NCBI GenBank assembly: GCA_951406725.2
Contig: OX597814.1
Location: 47,430,001 to 47,494,000 of the forward strand
Source of the DNA: Octopus vulgaris
Taxonomy: Eukaryota
Direction of reading: 5' to 3'
Length of the DNA stretch: 64,000 bases
The notes beneath the pieces are model-generated. The model was not told the origin of the DNA, ran no database searches, and saw nothing but the letters and a program-made list of their open reading frames with translations. Positions 25,817 through 40,045 of the stretch are shown in pieces. Position 1 is the first letter of the stretch, and each line of letters opens with the position of its first letter. Both the position numbers and the translations under genes were made by a program.

Positions 25817-26299
25817 CCATAGATGACATTCAGAGATCCTCTGTATAGACAACTCTTAATAGTGCTCAAAAGATTCAAACTTAAACTCCAATGTGTTTAA
25901 AGGTAATCGATTCCACAGGATATAAAAAAGGCTATAAGAGGGATCAACTTGAGCAGGTATAGAGGCAATTATGCAGATAAACGAATCAGTCACATTGAAT
26001 AAATTAAATATTTTAAATATAATAGTTTGAGTAAGAAATACAAAATAGGTATATATGTATACATGCAAAACAAGAGAAGGCAAAAGGTGGAGACTTTCAG
26101 ATGATGAGTTTTTAAGTATAAATATATAGATATCGATATCAACAGATCCAACTTACACAGAGTACAAATGATAGAGAAAATTAAAGAGGTGAAAGAAAGT
26201 CCAACTGCTGTTTCTAGGGGCTCAGAGATCCATAATCATATTGGTAAATGTAGTTCATCACAATATGTAGCTATATGGATGTAATTAATATGGGATAAG

Positions 26300-27124
26300 A
26301 TGATGGACTTCCACAGTTTCTACCAAATTCCCCAAATACACTTACAAGGCATTGGTCAGCTCAGGGTTATAGTAAAAGAACCTGCCCATGGTTCCACACA
26401 TGTGGTTGCAAACCAAGTTTCTTAACCATGTAGTCATGCCTTCACCTGTGTTTGTGTGTGTGTGTGTGTATATATATATATCACCGTCATCATCATCATT
26501 TAACAGCCATTGTCCATGGTGGCATGTGTTGGATGGTTTGACCAGAGCTAGCGAGCTGGAGAACAGCACTGGACTTTAATCTGATTTGGCATGGTTTCTA
26601 TGACTGGGTGCCCTTCCTAACGCCAATCACTTTACAAAGTGTTCAGGGTACTTCAATGTGGCACCGCACAGGTGCTTTTACATAGCACCACACATGTGCT
26701 TTTCGTGGCACTGCACAGCCATTTATACATATATATATATAGATATAAAGCACAGTTGCTGTCCATCACCTGTAATTTCAGAGTAGGTTAAAGTAATTCT
26801 TAGTAATTGGCCTATATAAACTTTGACTTTAATAGTTTTCCTTCATACACTACAAAATTTTCATTGTTGTTATGTCTTTATCACCATCATCGTTTGATGT
26901 CTGCTGTCCAAGCTGGTATGGGTTGGACAGTTTGACAGGAGCTGGCCAGGCAGGAGCCTACACCACACTTCTGTGTCTGTTTTGGCAGGGTTTTTGCAGC
27001 TGGATACCCTTCTTAACACCAACCTCCCAGCAGAGTAGACTGAGTGCTTTTTATGTGGCACAAGCACTGGCGAGGTCAGTTTTAGCAAGGTTTTTACAGT
27101 TGGATGCCCTTCCAAATGCCAACC

Positions 27125-27130
<6 letters not shown>
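26300..27130 (-). mobile_element. Cluster of a CORE-SINE head (26300-26450) and two RTE 3'-end repeats (26480-26720, 26880-27130)
   Basis: Family motifs as described for the other copies. Confidence 0.7.
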
Positions 27131-27172
<42 letters not shown>

Positions 27173-28479
27173 ATTGTTGACATCCTACAAGCAGTCTTTG
27201 ACTTTTTCAATCCAAAGAGGTTTTTAACCCAATATTTACACAGTAGTATAGAGCTTATCTGCTTCAAGATCCAACATTTCAAAAAAGATACATATGGTAG
27301 CATTTTGTGGTGCCAGTTTTAATGACAAAACTTTGAAATAAAAAGTCACTATCAATATTAAATATTATTTGAACTCTCTAACTGCATTTAAATCCTTTAT
27401 TTGGTGCATGTTTAGTATATCAATTACACAAAGCTATTAAACATCGCACACACACACACACACACCTACACATATAAAAGTCTGAAGCTCTACTGACTAA
27501 GCTATGCAGATCTGATATACATGCACATACACACACACACACACATATATATATAGTGGCAGTCAACTCATTTTTGTATACAACCACTTCTTAGAGATGG
27601 ATTGCACTTCTTAAAGAACAGCAGCAATGAAGGAATGCAGGCAGGCAGACATACATACAGACAGACAGACAGATATGTACATAACTAACTAATTACATTA
27701 GTTACTTGTTGTCATCACCCATAGTCACACACTTCATTCTGCTCTTCTTTTTCTATATTCTTAGCCCATATTTTTAATTCCTAGTTACCATTTTTACTTC
27801 CTCACAGTTCAATGTGTCTCTGAGATTTCCATTACACACCAAATGAATCATACAACTATCTTTATTTGTTGCCAGATGCTTGTATCCATTTTACAGTGCA
27901 CTATAATATTTCCAACACATGCTAAACCTTTTTTCCTGTTTCTACACGTATGCAAGGATAATATATATGTGCATATGTGAATTTATGGGTGTGTAGTTAT
28001 GTGTGTATATAATCACCCTCATATTAGTTATGTATGTGTTTACATATACATTCATACACACAAGCCTTCTATCCCAAGATTAATTGTTGCTTTTTCTTTT
28101 TCACTCTGTAAATATTATTATTAATAACAATTAATAGTTCTACTTAGGAATTACTTTTGTACAAACAAATCTAGCTTGCCTAATGGTTTGTTTATAATCT
28201 CTAGATTTTTGGTGGTATATAAGGATTTTGTAAATTCTCTTGATCTTTTCATTTATATTTTCTCTCGTTATTTTCATTACTTAGAATTAGTTAAAGAAAC
28301 ATAACTTCAATGATAACCATACATTGTGGACATTCATTTGAACAAATTGTATATATTGTATGAATCGGTGATAAGAAAATGAAACGAAAGAGCTTTTTCA
28401 TGGTGTTCAGAGCATTAAGTTTCTATAAAGCTGCCTCTACAGTATAGATGGCATCTGTAAGTTTTGAAGAATATGAAGA

Positions 28480-29620
28480 GTTCCTCTGGAAGCAGAAGAT
28501 GATGAAGAACATCTTCTGAAATGGCTGTGAAGTCCAATCCTTTGCTGCAGATCTGGCATATAAAGGCCAGTGCTTCTTTTGTGGATTTTCTATGGAATGA
28601 TGTATCTTTCTCATGATAATGTTGTTAATTCAGGTTTTATGAATGTTTTTCTTTGCCTTTTAATCTCTGTAATATTTACTGCTTCCATAGAGTCTGGTTA
28701 TCTGCAGTTGCTTCCCAGGTTATAGAGTTGTGTTTATCACATTTATGTTATGCTTGTACACATCTTTATTTTACAGATGTGAGCAACTTTTGTCTCTTGC
28801 TTCAGAAGCCAGTTCACCAAATAGATCTTTAGGAAATCAACCATTAACTATACAATGGACATGTTTAAGTCATCAAAGATGGCAGAGAAAGCAAAAGTGA
28901 GGCAATTCCTTCCCTGGTAGTATGTTGGCACTGCAGATCTTGTCCTACTATTTGATCCCAATAATTCTGCACCGGCACTTCTTATGAGGCATGTAAAGTT
29001 TATGTTTTTGTGAAGAGTTTGTTGTCTATGACTACTGCCAAACATGTGTGCTAAAGTCAGGGGTTTGAGAACATCTCAACTTTGGTAAATATTCTAAGCA
29101 GTTTATTCTCTCATAGTTTCTTAGTACATCTTGGGAGAATAGTAGCTGTTGTACCAGTGTTCTTCTTCAGTTTTGCACCTATAACGGGGTTATCAGTAGC
29201 AGTAAAACTAAGATATTGAAACTCATGTGTCATGTTCAGTTCATCTTATTTGATTTTTAATCAAGGAACAGATGAAATTCTTCATTCCATGATTTGGGTC
29301 TTCTTGATACTAATTATGTGATCAAATAGGTTTCAAGTTCCTATTAGAGTCCCTATGGGGGAGGAATATGATGAAGTGGCCTTCTCATAGTTTGAGGAGA
29401 TAACTGCATCAAGGTTTGACTTTTAGTCTGTGTGTAATGTAGAGCTGACCATCAGACCTTGAGTGAAGGCGAGTACTATCAATTAAAGACTTGAATGAGT
29501 ATTTCAGAAACAACACAAAAAAGATTAAAATTGTCAGGGCAAGGAACACATCCTTGCTTGATTGTTCTCCCATCCAAATTCTCTAAACATAGATTCATCT
29601 CCAACTACAGAAATAGTTTC
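28480..29620 (-). pseudogene. RTE-clade (BovB-like) LINE reverse-transcriptase remnant
   Basis: Minus-strand fragments KQGCV(L)(A)PT.FNLF, RSDGQLY, SIKKTQIM, HEFQYLS...TDN, WEATADNQTLWK and RIGLHSH occur in RTE order; many stops and frameshifts. Confidence 0.8.
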
Positions 29621-30693
29621 CAATAAATAATGCAAACTATTTGTTCTGTGTATATCTAACAGTATCAACTATCATAGTTGTTTCAAGTTAGTTATTATTG
29701 AATTAGATTCATGAAGAAGGAAAGCAATCACGAAGCAGTCGCACTATAACACATAACTAGAAGTCAGTTAGTGAGTACATGGGTATTTTCACATAATGGT
29801 GGGCCTACACCTCTAAGAGCAGACCACCACTTGAGTTCTTGATAAGTTTTAACCTTGAGCCACAAGACACCAGGAGGTATTACCTAAATGTTGTTTCTAG
29901 AGAGGTTATGTACTGTTAAAGGAAGACTCACATGCTCAGATGTCCCTTTCATATAACTCCCAGCAGTGAAAACCTGAAAGCTGGAAAGTAACAAGCTCAC
30001 AATTCATGTACAAGATACATCACATTTATCTCACACTTTATTCTCAACAACCATTTTTGAAATAGTATATTTGTAATATATTTATATCAACCTACTAAGA
30101 CCATAGGAAATTAAAGACAAGTTAGAGTTTTGAAGATATTTATCTGTATCAATGGAGCTAATTTCTTTTTTCAACTTGCTCTTGCTCTCTCTCAACTTCT
30201 CTCTTCTTTCTTTATTTCAATAGTCAAAGTAGGGTGGATATCACTCCTGACTTTTCTCAAGGCCACTGACACTAGTAGGAATAAGTTATGCTCAAACAGG
30301 AGACCTGGCTTCAATGTTTGCAACAAAGCAGTCTCCTCTAAAGGCATTTTCTCATAGCTAAGATGTTAAATTGGGCACTGGATTAGATAATCTGCCTAGG
30401 AAATATCTATGTATATGTGTGTGTGTGTGTGTGTCACAGACTCACACAAGCTAATGAGGGTTCCTCTTTATGAGTCACTTGACTCACTTGCAGCCAAAAT
30501 CTCTTCTCAAACCACATTTTACCATCTTAGACATTGCTCACATTGACTAAATATGCTGGCAAAAAGAGATAGTGTGGTCACATCTGAAATGCTATAACCA
30601 TCCTGTCTGTTCTCCAGAATACATAATCCAGATGATCATAGATTTTACTCAAGACTAACCTAAACAACACATACAATATGCTCATGCACATTT

Positions 30694-30763
<70 letters not shown>

Positions 30764-31379
30764 CTTTGGTCATTCCTTAAAATATGCAGATCAAAAATTT
30801 CTTCAAGTCAAGCATTACAGGCAAGCCTCTTCCCTTTATTTTAATAGATGTTAGCTCCAATATGCAGTAAAATATTTTTCTTGTACACTTCAAAGACTGA
30901 GTTATTCTGTGACTGAGAAGAGTTAGCAGAAATATAATTGAAATATTACCACCTTACCATTCATTAAAGCTATTTATTTAAGCAAGAAGATTCTTGTTTG
31001 TTGGGAGGAGAAATTAATAATATCACAGAAAGACATTCTTTCTTCTTAAAGAAGTTTTTTATCAGATCATCATTTATTTGTTTCATGTGTCTAACAGATA
31101 ATTTAATTGTAAGAGACAGATATTGTGTGTCACTCTCAGAAGTTTTGTGGTTAAGTGATTAAAATAATTATTGCTGAAAGAATGAATATCATTTTTTTTA
31201 ACAAAAGTTTTATTACAAGTACTGCTATTTATTCCAGTCTAGCTTGTTAAAATAATGATCACACTTTTGCTCTTAAAGTTAAAGAAGTTGATTTTAACAG
31301 AGGATCTACAAACAAATAGGTGAAATAGATATTTTGATCTCTTATATGAAAGCAACAGTTATATAAGTATTGTTGTTGT

Positions 31380-31612
31380 TGTTTAACAGCACATTGACTT
31401 TGAACATCTCTATGATCAAAAGCATTCTAGCTATGCCTTTTTTGTTATTTTTTATTTTTGCTTGCTAGTTTTTTTTTGTTTTGTTTTTTCTCCAGCACTG
31501 TTCCAATTCTGCATTATGCAATCTTTCTTTAAGATGGTGTGGTATGATTTAAAAAAACTTTGACTACCATTTCTAACAGGTCAAAGTGACCACATAGAAG
31601 CTCCTTCCCAGG
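31380..31612. mobile_element. Abundant short repeat with an (AAC)n end (SINE or LINE tail; further copies near 2200-2340, 7810-7950, 8390-8480, 30450-30670, 36160-36300, 46450-46610 and 55910-57290)
   Basis: Recurrent motifs 'tatgatcaaag.cattc.agc' and 'tttggctgctatttctagcaggtc...accacatagaggctcc'. Confidence 0.6.
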
Positions 31613-31629
31613 GATCTTTAATTTTTTTT

Positions 31630-32015
31630 TTATTGGCCACTGTCCAATGATTGTGGTTTTAGTTAAACAAATCAACCCCAGTATTTAATTTTTTAAGTTT
31701 GTTACTTTTGTACTTATTCTATGAGCCTCTTTTGCTGAACCACTAAGTTAAATATATACAAACAAACTAGCACCAGTTGTCAGAGGGGAGGGGCAGGCAC
31801 ACACACACACACACACACACACATGCACAAACACAAACACGCACACGTATATATATGATGGGCTTCAACACAGTTTCCATCAGCCAAATTTATGCACAAG
31901 GCATTGGTCAGTCTGGGACTGTAATGAAAGACACTTGCCCAAGGTGACAAGTAGTGAGAATAAACCTGAAACCACTTGGTTGAAAAGCAAGCTTCTTATG
32001 AACACAGCCATGCCT
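31630..32015 (-). mobile_element. CORE-type SINE (OR-like), degraded
   Basis: 'gacacttgcccaaggtg...acacagccatgcct'. Confidence 0.75.
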
Positions 32016-32678
32016 AGTTTATAAGGTTTAAAAATAAAATCACGTCATTGTCAAGATATCTAACTTTTAGCTGGCTCAATATGTCTGGTTGTAAATACAT
32101 AGTATATGCTAGTATACCTTACAGCTGTAAGCAATACTGGGTTGAATTTTTCCTATGAGTCTAATCCATGATAGGTACGACTTACATCACCACCATAACT
32201 AAGTGGACTCAGTATATCAGTAAATGAATAGTTTTACAGTTCAGTTGTTAGAGACAGTATTATTAATGATTGTTGAACCTGGCTTTAAAATTTCCCTCTA
32301 TGAGACCCACATATTTCTTTGCGAAACTATGTATTTAGTGGTTGTAGAGTCTAAGGTGGCTTCATAAATGATGACCTCAGTCATACAAGCTCCATTTGTG
32401 CCCGCTAAAAAAGTGCCTGCATGTTGAGATGTATATATGACCATAGTGATGCATGCATAGGTATATATGCATATGTGCATGTATGCTTAAACATATATAT
32501 ATGTGTGTGTTTATATGTATATGTACACATGTGTTTCAGTATGTATATAGATATATACATACATGTGTGTGTGTGTGCATGCGTACATGTATGTGTGTGT
32601 ATATGTGTGCATATGTGGATTCTACCATGTCTATTGGAGTAATTTCCCTTTATTCAACGTTTTTTTTTTCATAGTGTT

Positions 32679-32759
32679 TTGTCTTAATAACCGATGAGAT
32701 GGAGATGCCGGAGCAGACTTCAGCCCTGGTATCCAAAACTTTGAGTTTTATTATGACAA
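32679..32759 (+). ncRNA. Decayed type I hammerhead ribozyme motif
   Basis: ttgtcttaataa-CCGATGA-GAT...ATCC-AAAAC-(TTTGA)-GTT-ttattatgacaa. Stem I pairs 11 of 12; G12 appears mutated to A. Confidence 0.5.
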
Positions 32760-32782
32760 CCAACTAATTGTCACATATTATA

Positions 32783-32833
<51 letters not shown>

Positions 32834-33787
32834 TGAAAATATAAAAACTCGTGTTGTTCAGCAAGTATATTTTTAAAAGTTCTGTTTGATCTAAAGGAAG
32901 TGAGGCACTTTTCTACGTTCTTTTATCCTTTACTTCTATCTTTCTTTTATATTTTCTGACAGCCTCTCACAGATGACAGATCTATTGGCTCCTGTTGCTT
33001 TTCAGGTCAATTTGTTAACAGGGTGACATTTAGGTATGAACCAACCAGTTTGGGCATTCGAAAGAGTTGTAGTAGCTAGCGTCCTACTTGCAAATTAATA
33101 TCTATAGAATAAACACCTGTATCAACACACACATATTTACACCTGGCTGTGAATTGTCTTTAAGTCCATCGCATTCTTCAATGTCTCTACAACGCGCTCA
33201 ACCAGAAAACTAGATTTCATTTCGAATCTTTTTATCTTTTTTTTTTTTTGTGTGTGTGTATGTATACCATTTCTTTTTCAACTGCTGGATTTAAATAAAT
33301 CGTGCGCCTGCATGCATACCTATGTGCGAATGGAGAGAGAGAGAGAGAGATAGAGTGGGAGTGAAGAGGGGAAAGTGAGAAAATGAAGGAGATTGTGTAA
33401 CTGTAGATATGTGAAAGATCAGTTGGCACTAGTGGCTTTTCTCTATTGTAATATAAAATATCTACCCCATTATTCACAGTTATTTAGCTATTACCTAATA
33501 GTGCATAGTGTGCTGTTAGCCTTATGAAATGTTGGCCAGGTGTTTCTTCTGTTTCATAAAGCTTGCACATACATGCATGACTGTGTATATATTTTTACAT
33601 TTACATACTTCCTTGTACACTTACTCATGCACACAACTATATACTTACGCATTTACACATATCTATATACATACACACATACACAATGATACATGTTCTC
33701 ACAATGTATGTACACACACACATGCAATCATGTATGCTCCACATTTATGTACATTTATATAAACATATACACATAGAACGACATACT

Positions 33788-34021
33788 TATTTCTTTATTA
33801 CCCACAAGGGGCTAAACACAGAGGGGACAAACAAGGACAGACATAGGTATTAAGTCGATTATGTCAACCCCAGTGCGTAACTGTTACTTAATTTATCGAC
33901 CCCAAAAGGATGAAAGGCAAAGTCGACCTCGGCGGAATTTGAACTCACAACGTAACACAGAGGAAATACCGCTAAGCATTTCGCCCGGCGTGCTAACGTT
34001 TCTGCCAGCTCGCTTCCTTAA
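33788..34021 (-). mobile_element. Second-family SINE, full length, with TSD
   Basis: 15-bp TSD ATAGAAC(G/A)ACATACT at 33773-33787 and 34022-34036; tRNA boxes on the minus strand. Confidence 0.92.
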
Positions 34022-34919
34022 ATAGAACAACATACTTCCACATTTACATACATCCATTTACATAGATAACCACCCATATAGATTTTCACAGTCGCATATA
34101 ACATACACATGATCGCATACACTTGCACATGGACACTTATCACACATACATACATATTGATTCTTTCAATAATTTGTTTCTTTCAATTTCTATTCTCTCT
34201 TTAATACATATTACACAATCTCTCTTTGCTTGTCTGTTGTCATTGTTGCACTATGCCTCTTTCTCACACACACATACACACAAATTTATCTCTGCTCATT
34301 CTACATCTCATTTATACTCTCCTTTTTTTATTTTTACTGATACTGATCTATTGACCAGTTCTGAATGTTAAAACCCCGCAAACTTTACAGTTGATTCTTT
34401 TGAAAGTTGGGCTTTTGCTAGCATCTTGACTGCTGTTACTGTTTGAAGAAACATACATGATTATTAGCTGACTATTTTACAAAAGAGAATGAGCCTATTA
34501 TCTCTAAATCTAAAACCTTGAATTTGATAAGAAGTTTATTTTCACTTCATTAATAAGACAAACTATCATATTTTAATTTCAATTTGTAAATAATGTTACA
34601 TATAAAACCATAATGTGTGTGGTACAATTTCTGGTTTTATTTTACAAATTTAAAAAAGAGCTGGTGTCCAACCCAGAGACAAGAGTCTTTAATTGGAATT
34701 TACACAGCATCAATTAGATGGTTGTATATGTGTGTTTATGTAAATATTTGTATGTATATAAAATAAACAGCAGGATCAGAGAAAAACTAGTGATGGCCTA
34801 CTTTGGCAGTGTGAATTGCCGAACAGACCTCTCATCCTTATGGAAAACCAATTTGTTCTACTTTTAAACTATGTAATATATACACACACACATACATCAT
34901 CATCATTATCATTTAATAT

Positions 34920-35800
34920 CCAAAGGCATTTGACAGGATATCACACTCAGTGTCATTAAGAAAACCAGATATAGGCAAGTGGTTCATGGTGGCCATGCAA
35001 TCTATGTACAAAGATGTAGTAAGTAAAATAAGACTGAACAATGATTTCAGTGACAAATTTAGTATCAAGATAATAGTCCATCAAGATTCGGTCCCCAGTC
35101 ACCTCCTATTCATCATAGTCCTGCAGGCCATCACAAAATGAGTTTAAAACTGGTTGTCTATGTAAACTCCTATATGCTGGTGATCTAGTTCTCATAGATG
35201 AATTTTTAGTTGAATTAGGAGAATATAGGCATGGAAGCTATACCTGGAATTGTGAGGTTTCAAGGAATAATTTAAACAAACACTGGAAATGGATTTTCTT
35301 AAATTCCTGGATGGCTCAATAGAAATTGTTAGCTTTTGTTACGTAGATTTAATTAGCCGAGGAGGTGTTTGTTCTGAAAATATAATAACCAGGGTAAGAA
35401 CAGGTTGGAAAAAGTTCAGTGAGCTTCTGCTGCTGTTGTTGTTGTTGTTGTTAAGCAACATGACGGGTAAGGGTGATTAGGTGATGGTCTAGGGATTAGG
35501 GGCGGGAGACCCCAGACCTTGGAAAAAAAAACTTTGGTTGTCTTGTTGTAGTAAAGGGCTCTTCATTGCGCCTGACACCACTGGGAGGTGGCCCACGAAG
35601 TCGCTTGAAATGGAGATCTCCAGGTCCAAATTCTTGAATGGCTGCTACTGCTGCTGACCCCAAAGGTCTTTTCCCTCAGAGAGCTGGGCAGATTATATGA
35701 TGTTTGTGTTGGAACTACAATGTTGCATGACAGTGATTCATGAGCCTTGATTGCAGAGGTTTTGAGAAGACTGGAAAGAAATGAAGTGAGCATACTCCAT
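34920..35800 (+). pseudogene. RTE-clade LINE reverse-transcriptase remnant
   Basis: KAFDR...SLRK...AMQSMY...VHQDSVPSHLLFIIVLQAIT...FKTGC...LLYAGDLVLI (YADD box)...GGVCSE...RVRTGWKKFSELL...GRLYDVCV. Confidence 0.88.
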
Positions 35801-36026
35801 CAGATTTTTGTTATTGGAGATTTTTGCAGGGTAGCTTTAAGCCATGGTTATGAATGAACACTAGAATAGAAATGTACTTGCAATGATTTACCCTACATAC
35901 ATGGGGGCAGTGTGATTATTATCTACTTTTATATTTGCGTTCTCATTTTATTTAAATATGTGGTTGCTTGGAAACATTAAACCAACTTTTTCTCTTCAGG
36001 AACCAACCAGCATTTGCAGCCAAAAT

Positions 36027-36165
36027 CTGGGTCATCTTAACAGGCAAAACAATGTATAGGGGTCCTTATATACACAACCGCAACACATATTGATTAACAT
36101 TGGGCCCCTAGACACATGGGACTTGGGGGCAATTGCCCAGTGTTTCAGTGATTTAAGATACCATT
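36027..36165. mobile_element. Small hAT-like MITE, degraded (family of 56886-57045)
   Basis: Ends 'gggtcatcttaa' / 'ttaagatacc'; internal GGGCCCC and 'ggcaattgccc'. Confidence 0.45.
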
Positions 36166-36959
36166 TAAAAAAATGAAGAATGCATTGAGCAATGTAGCTT
36201 CCTGAGATACAAATGTAATAGGATGGTTACTGGTGGAACACCATTGGTCAGGGATCTGCTAAATTAAAGTTCAGTTGGGGCTGAACAACAGCAACAGCTT
36301 TCTCTTTGCAATTTAAAACTCTGTTGAATCTAACTTGCTGTCATCTGAAATCAGTTAGCTCTGTGTTTTTCATAGGTATGGGGTGTTATATAAGAACTGA
36401 AATGATGTTGGACAAACTGCCATATTTAGTAAAATTTAGATTTTAAACTTATCCAACACCATGGGAAAGAAAGAAGAATGGATATGGATGCTAACTCTAT
36501 TCTATCTTCTCATTATAAAGAAGGGGAGGATGAAAATGTTCACTAATATTTTTGGCAGGTGGGGAGCAGCTGGAATTTGTCAGTTTGAGAACCACTGATT
36601 TAGATAGATACCAATGTTACAGTAGCACTGATTTTATTAATTATATCTAATCCTTTCCAAAATATAATATTGTTCCTAATGAGAGAAGAAAAAAATCTCC
36701 TTACAGGAAAATTTCTGCCCTGTCTTTTATAGGGATAATTTTTCTTATCCAGCATCATCTCTAACCTAAATTGATAACTTTTACATATTTTGTTGCTTTC
36801 TAGGTTCCCTTATACTTGTCAACTTATCACGCATTTAATTTCATTTTTCTGATACATTATTTTTTTTTTATTTCATAGATGGAGACAGTAAGGAACCCAG
36901 TCAACAAATGGAGCTTTTCCATAAGGTATAATATATTTTATCTCCTGCCTTTTAATTTA

Positions 36960-37162
36960 GCATCATCATCATCATCATCATTGTCACCGTCCTTTAACAT
37001 CCATTTTCCATGCTGCCATGGATTGGATGGTTTGATGGGAACTGGCAAGCTGGAGAGCTGCACCAGGCTCCAATTGTCTGTTCGGCATGGTTTCTATGGC
37101 TGGATGCCCCTCCTAATGTCAACCATTTAACAGTGTATTGGGTGCTTTTTGTGTGGCATCTA
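36960..37162 (-). mobile_element. RTE LINE 3'-end repeat
   Basis: (CAT)n + 'tttaacatccattttccatgctgccatgg...gctggatgcccctcctaatg'. Confidence 0.8.
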
Positions 37163-38929
37163 CACATAAATTTTGCTAATTGTATCAAAAACAGATATTA
37201 GAAGAAATAAATTATGTAGTTAATGGTCAAGTTGTTAAATGTTTAATTGTAAATCTAATAGATTTTGTGTCCATTTGTTGGGTTTTTTTTAATCCTGTCT
37301 CAGTAATCTGTCAAGGCAATTCATGTCAGTGAAGCCAATGTTGATATAATAACAATGATTATATTGTAATTATCAAACATAAACCTGAGTATTATGGAGA
37401 CATCTGATGATGAAGCTTTCTCTAAAAGTAATAGCATGATAATGACAGTGTAGTTGAAAAATAAAACAAGGATACATATTCCATGTATCCCATACAATGA
37501 TGAGAACAATAATCTATACTGGCAAAAAGCTTCGTGTTTTTAGAGAAGGGATATTGTTCATCGAATTAACCTGAGCACATGATTGGTGCTTTCTCCCAGA
37601 ATTTGTGTTCTTGTTGTTTGTGGTGGAGGTGGTGGTGGTACTAGTAGTAGTAGTTTTTACTTTGGACACAAGACCAGCAATTTTTGCAAGGAGGGTATTA
37701 GTTGATAACATTGACTCTAGCCAGTACTTGACTGCTTACTCCATTTAAATGCTTTTATTTATTTGTATTCATGTTTCATTTTGTATATTTCTGTATCAGG
37801 TAACCATTTTTGGAAAATTATGATAAGATCAAGCTGTATGTATATGATCTAGGAATATAAAACTGATTTTAATTTTTGAATCTCTTACAGTTTCATCAGA
37901 TCACTGCTCTCATTCCATCTGCAACTTGTCTATTCACCTTCTTTTGGCATATTTCTAATCGGCCGCCTGAGTAATTACTGTACCAGCTAAGGGTCTGGTG
38001 TGTTTTATGTACCGTAAGTTGACTGAGCCAGTCACATATGGCAACCATTGTTGATACGATGCCAATCACTTGGGAATATCAAAGTAAAAAACATCAGTGT
38101 CTATTTTACCAAACCTGTGCTCATTCACATTGTTGATTAAGCATTTTTTGTTTTAATAAAAAAATCATTTAAATAGAGATTTTGATTGATTTGTTATATT
38201 TTATTATTTGCATTTATTTTTCTTATAATTCATTATAATGTATAAGAGTGGTGTGTACACATGCACACACACCCTCCTCACACATACACATTGTTTTGTG
38301 CTTTTCATGAGCTTTTTTTTTATAGCTTTTTTCTCTTTGAACTTAAAAAGGATGAATTATATAAACAAAATTTAGTAATTAAAATAAAAGAATGATTAAT
38401 TAAATTGCTGCTGGGATGATTTTTCATTTCCCGCCAATATTTATTGTTTTTAACACAGCATATCAACATTATTTCTGAACAACTATCACAGTAACTGGCC
38501 TATCAGCCATGTATATACATTAAATAATGATAATATAGATGGGTATTTTAATTAAATAATGCCTCAATTACATCTAGTGGACTTTTATTAAGTTGGTGGC
38601 TATTCACAACATCCAGTGAGACTTTAATTTACTGTTTACTATATCAGAGGTAATGAATTTTCATACAGCCGTGTGGCTGGCTCTGAGTACACATCATTGG
38701 AAAGAGCTAGATATTCTCACTGGCCACTGCTTGACCAATTTTCCTTTCCTTCTGATGTTTATTGTGTTTTTAACACAACTTATTCATAAGAAATATTATT
38801 TCAGGATAAATACTGCAGTAACAGGCCTATCAACAGTGTTTCTACAATAAGTATGATATATAGTTGGCTATTTTAATTTAATATTACTTTAATTGGCCCA
38901 CTGAACACAGCACATTTTTTTTCATTCTC

Positions 38930-39080
38930 TCTCTATTTATTTCCTCTTATACCTTTCTGTCAAAGAGCATAGGCTCGAAACATTAAAACATTTTCCATTT
39001 TTTCTGAGCGTCAACCTAATACACTTGCTTGTTGTTCCTACACTTGTCTTCGTCTTTGTTTTTCTATAAATTTGAACTAT
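38930..39080 (+). mobile_element. Short Penelope-like element with a decayed minimal hammerhead (family of 6660-6843)
   Basis: cttt-CTGTCAA-A-GAGC(ATAG)GCTC-GAAAC-ATT-aaaa followed by the same tail. Confidence 0.65.
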
Positions 39081-39697
39081 GGAAGGAACCTGTAGAAGAG
39101 GTAGACCCAGAAAAACATGGGATGAGGTGTTGAAGCATGACCTTTGAACAGTGGGCCTCACAGAGGCAATGACAGGAGACTGACTGATACCTTTGGAGAT
39201 ATGCTGTGATTGAGAAGACCCAGCAACTAAAGTGAGATCACAGCCATGGCCAATGCCAGTGTTGCATGTCCGGCCCATTTAAGAGTACCTTTGATGTGTC
39301 AGGTAATATGATATGCTTGAGAAGACCTGTTGAGTCAAATAAAACCAAAATCGTAGCCGTAGCCAGTGCCCCCTGACTGGCTCCCGTGTCAGTGGCACAT
39401 AAAAGGCACCATCCAAACGTAGGCAATGCCAATGCCACCTAACTGGCTCTCATGCTGGTGGCATGTAAAAAACAGTGTCTCCGAATGTGATCGATGACAG
39501 GCCTGCCTAACTGGCTCCTGTGCAAGTGGCCCATAAAAAAGCACCCACTACACTCTCGGAGTGGTTGGCATTAGGAAAGGCATCCAGCTGTAGAAACCTT
39601 GCCAGATCAGATTGAAGCCTGGTGCAGCCGCTGGCTTTCCAGACCTGTCAAACCATCCAGCATGGAAAACAGCCGTTAGAAGGTGATGGTGATGATA
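39081..39697 (+). mobile_element. 5'-truncated RTE LINE: ORF2 C-terminus, 3' UTR and (GAT)n tail
   Basis: EGTCRRGRPRKTWDEVLKHDL*TVGLTEAMT...LWRYAVIEKT, then tandem 'tggcac.taaaaagcacc' units. This copy identifies the source of the many 3'-end repeats in the window. Confidence 0.9.
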
Positions 39698-39926
39698 TAT
39701 GGCTTTGTAAGCCTACTGCTTCTTTATCTCCCCACCACCAGCTGCTTGTCACTTTTATCCTTCTACTCATCACTATGCAAGTGGATATGTGTGTGTGTAT
39801 AAGCATGTATAATGTATTTGCATCCATTGACTATGTAACTTTTGTCATCTTTACCATACCCCTACCACTATTTGTCACTTGCGCTGTTTCCCTTCCAACT
39901 TTAACTTCTTATGTTAAATCTATCTC

Positions 39927-39957
<31 letters not shown>

Positions 39958-39961
39958 TTCG

Positions 39962-40045
<84 letters not shown>

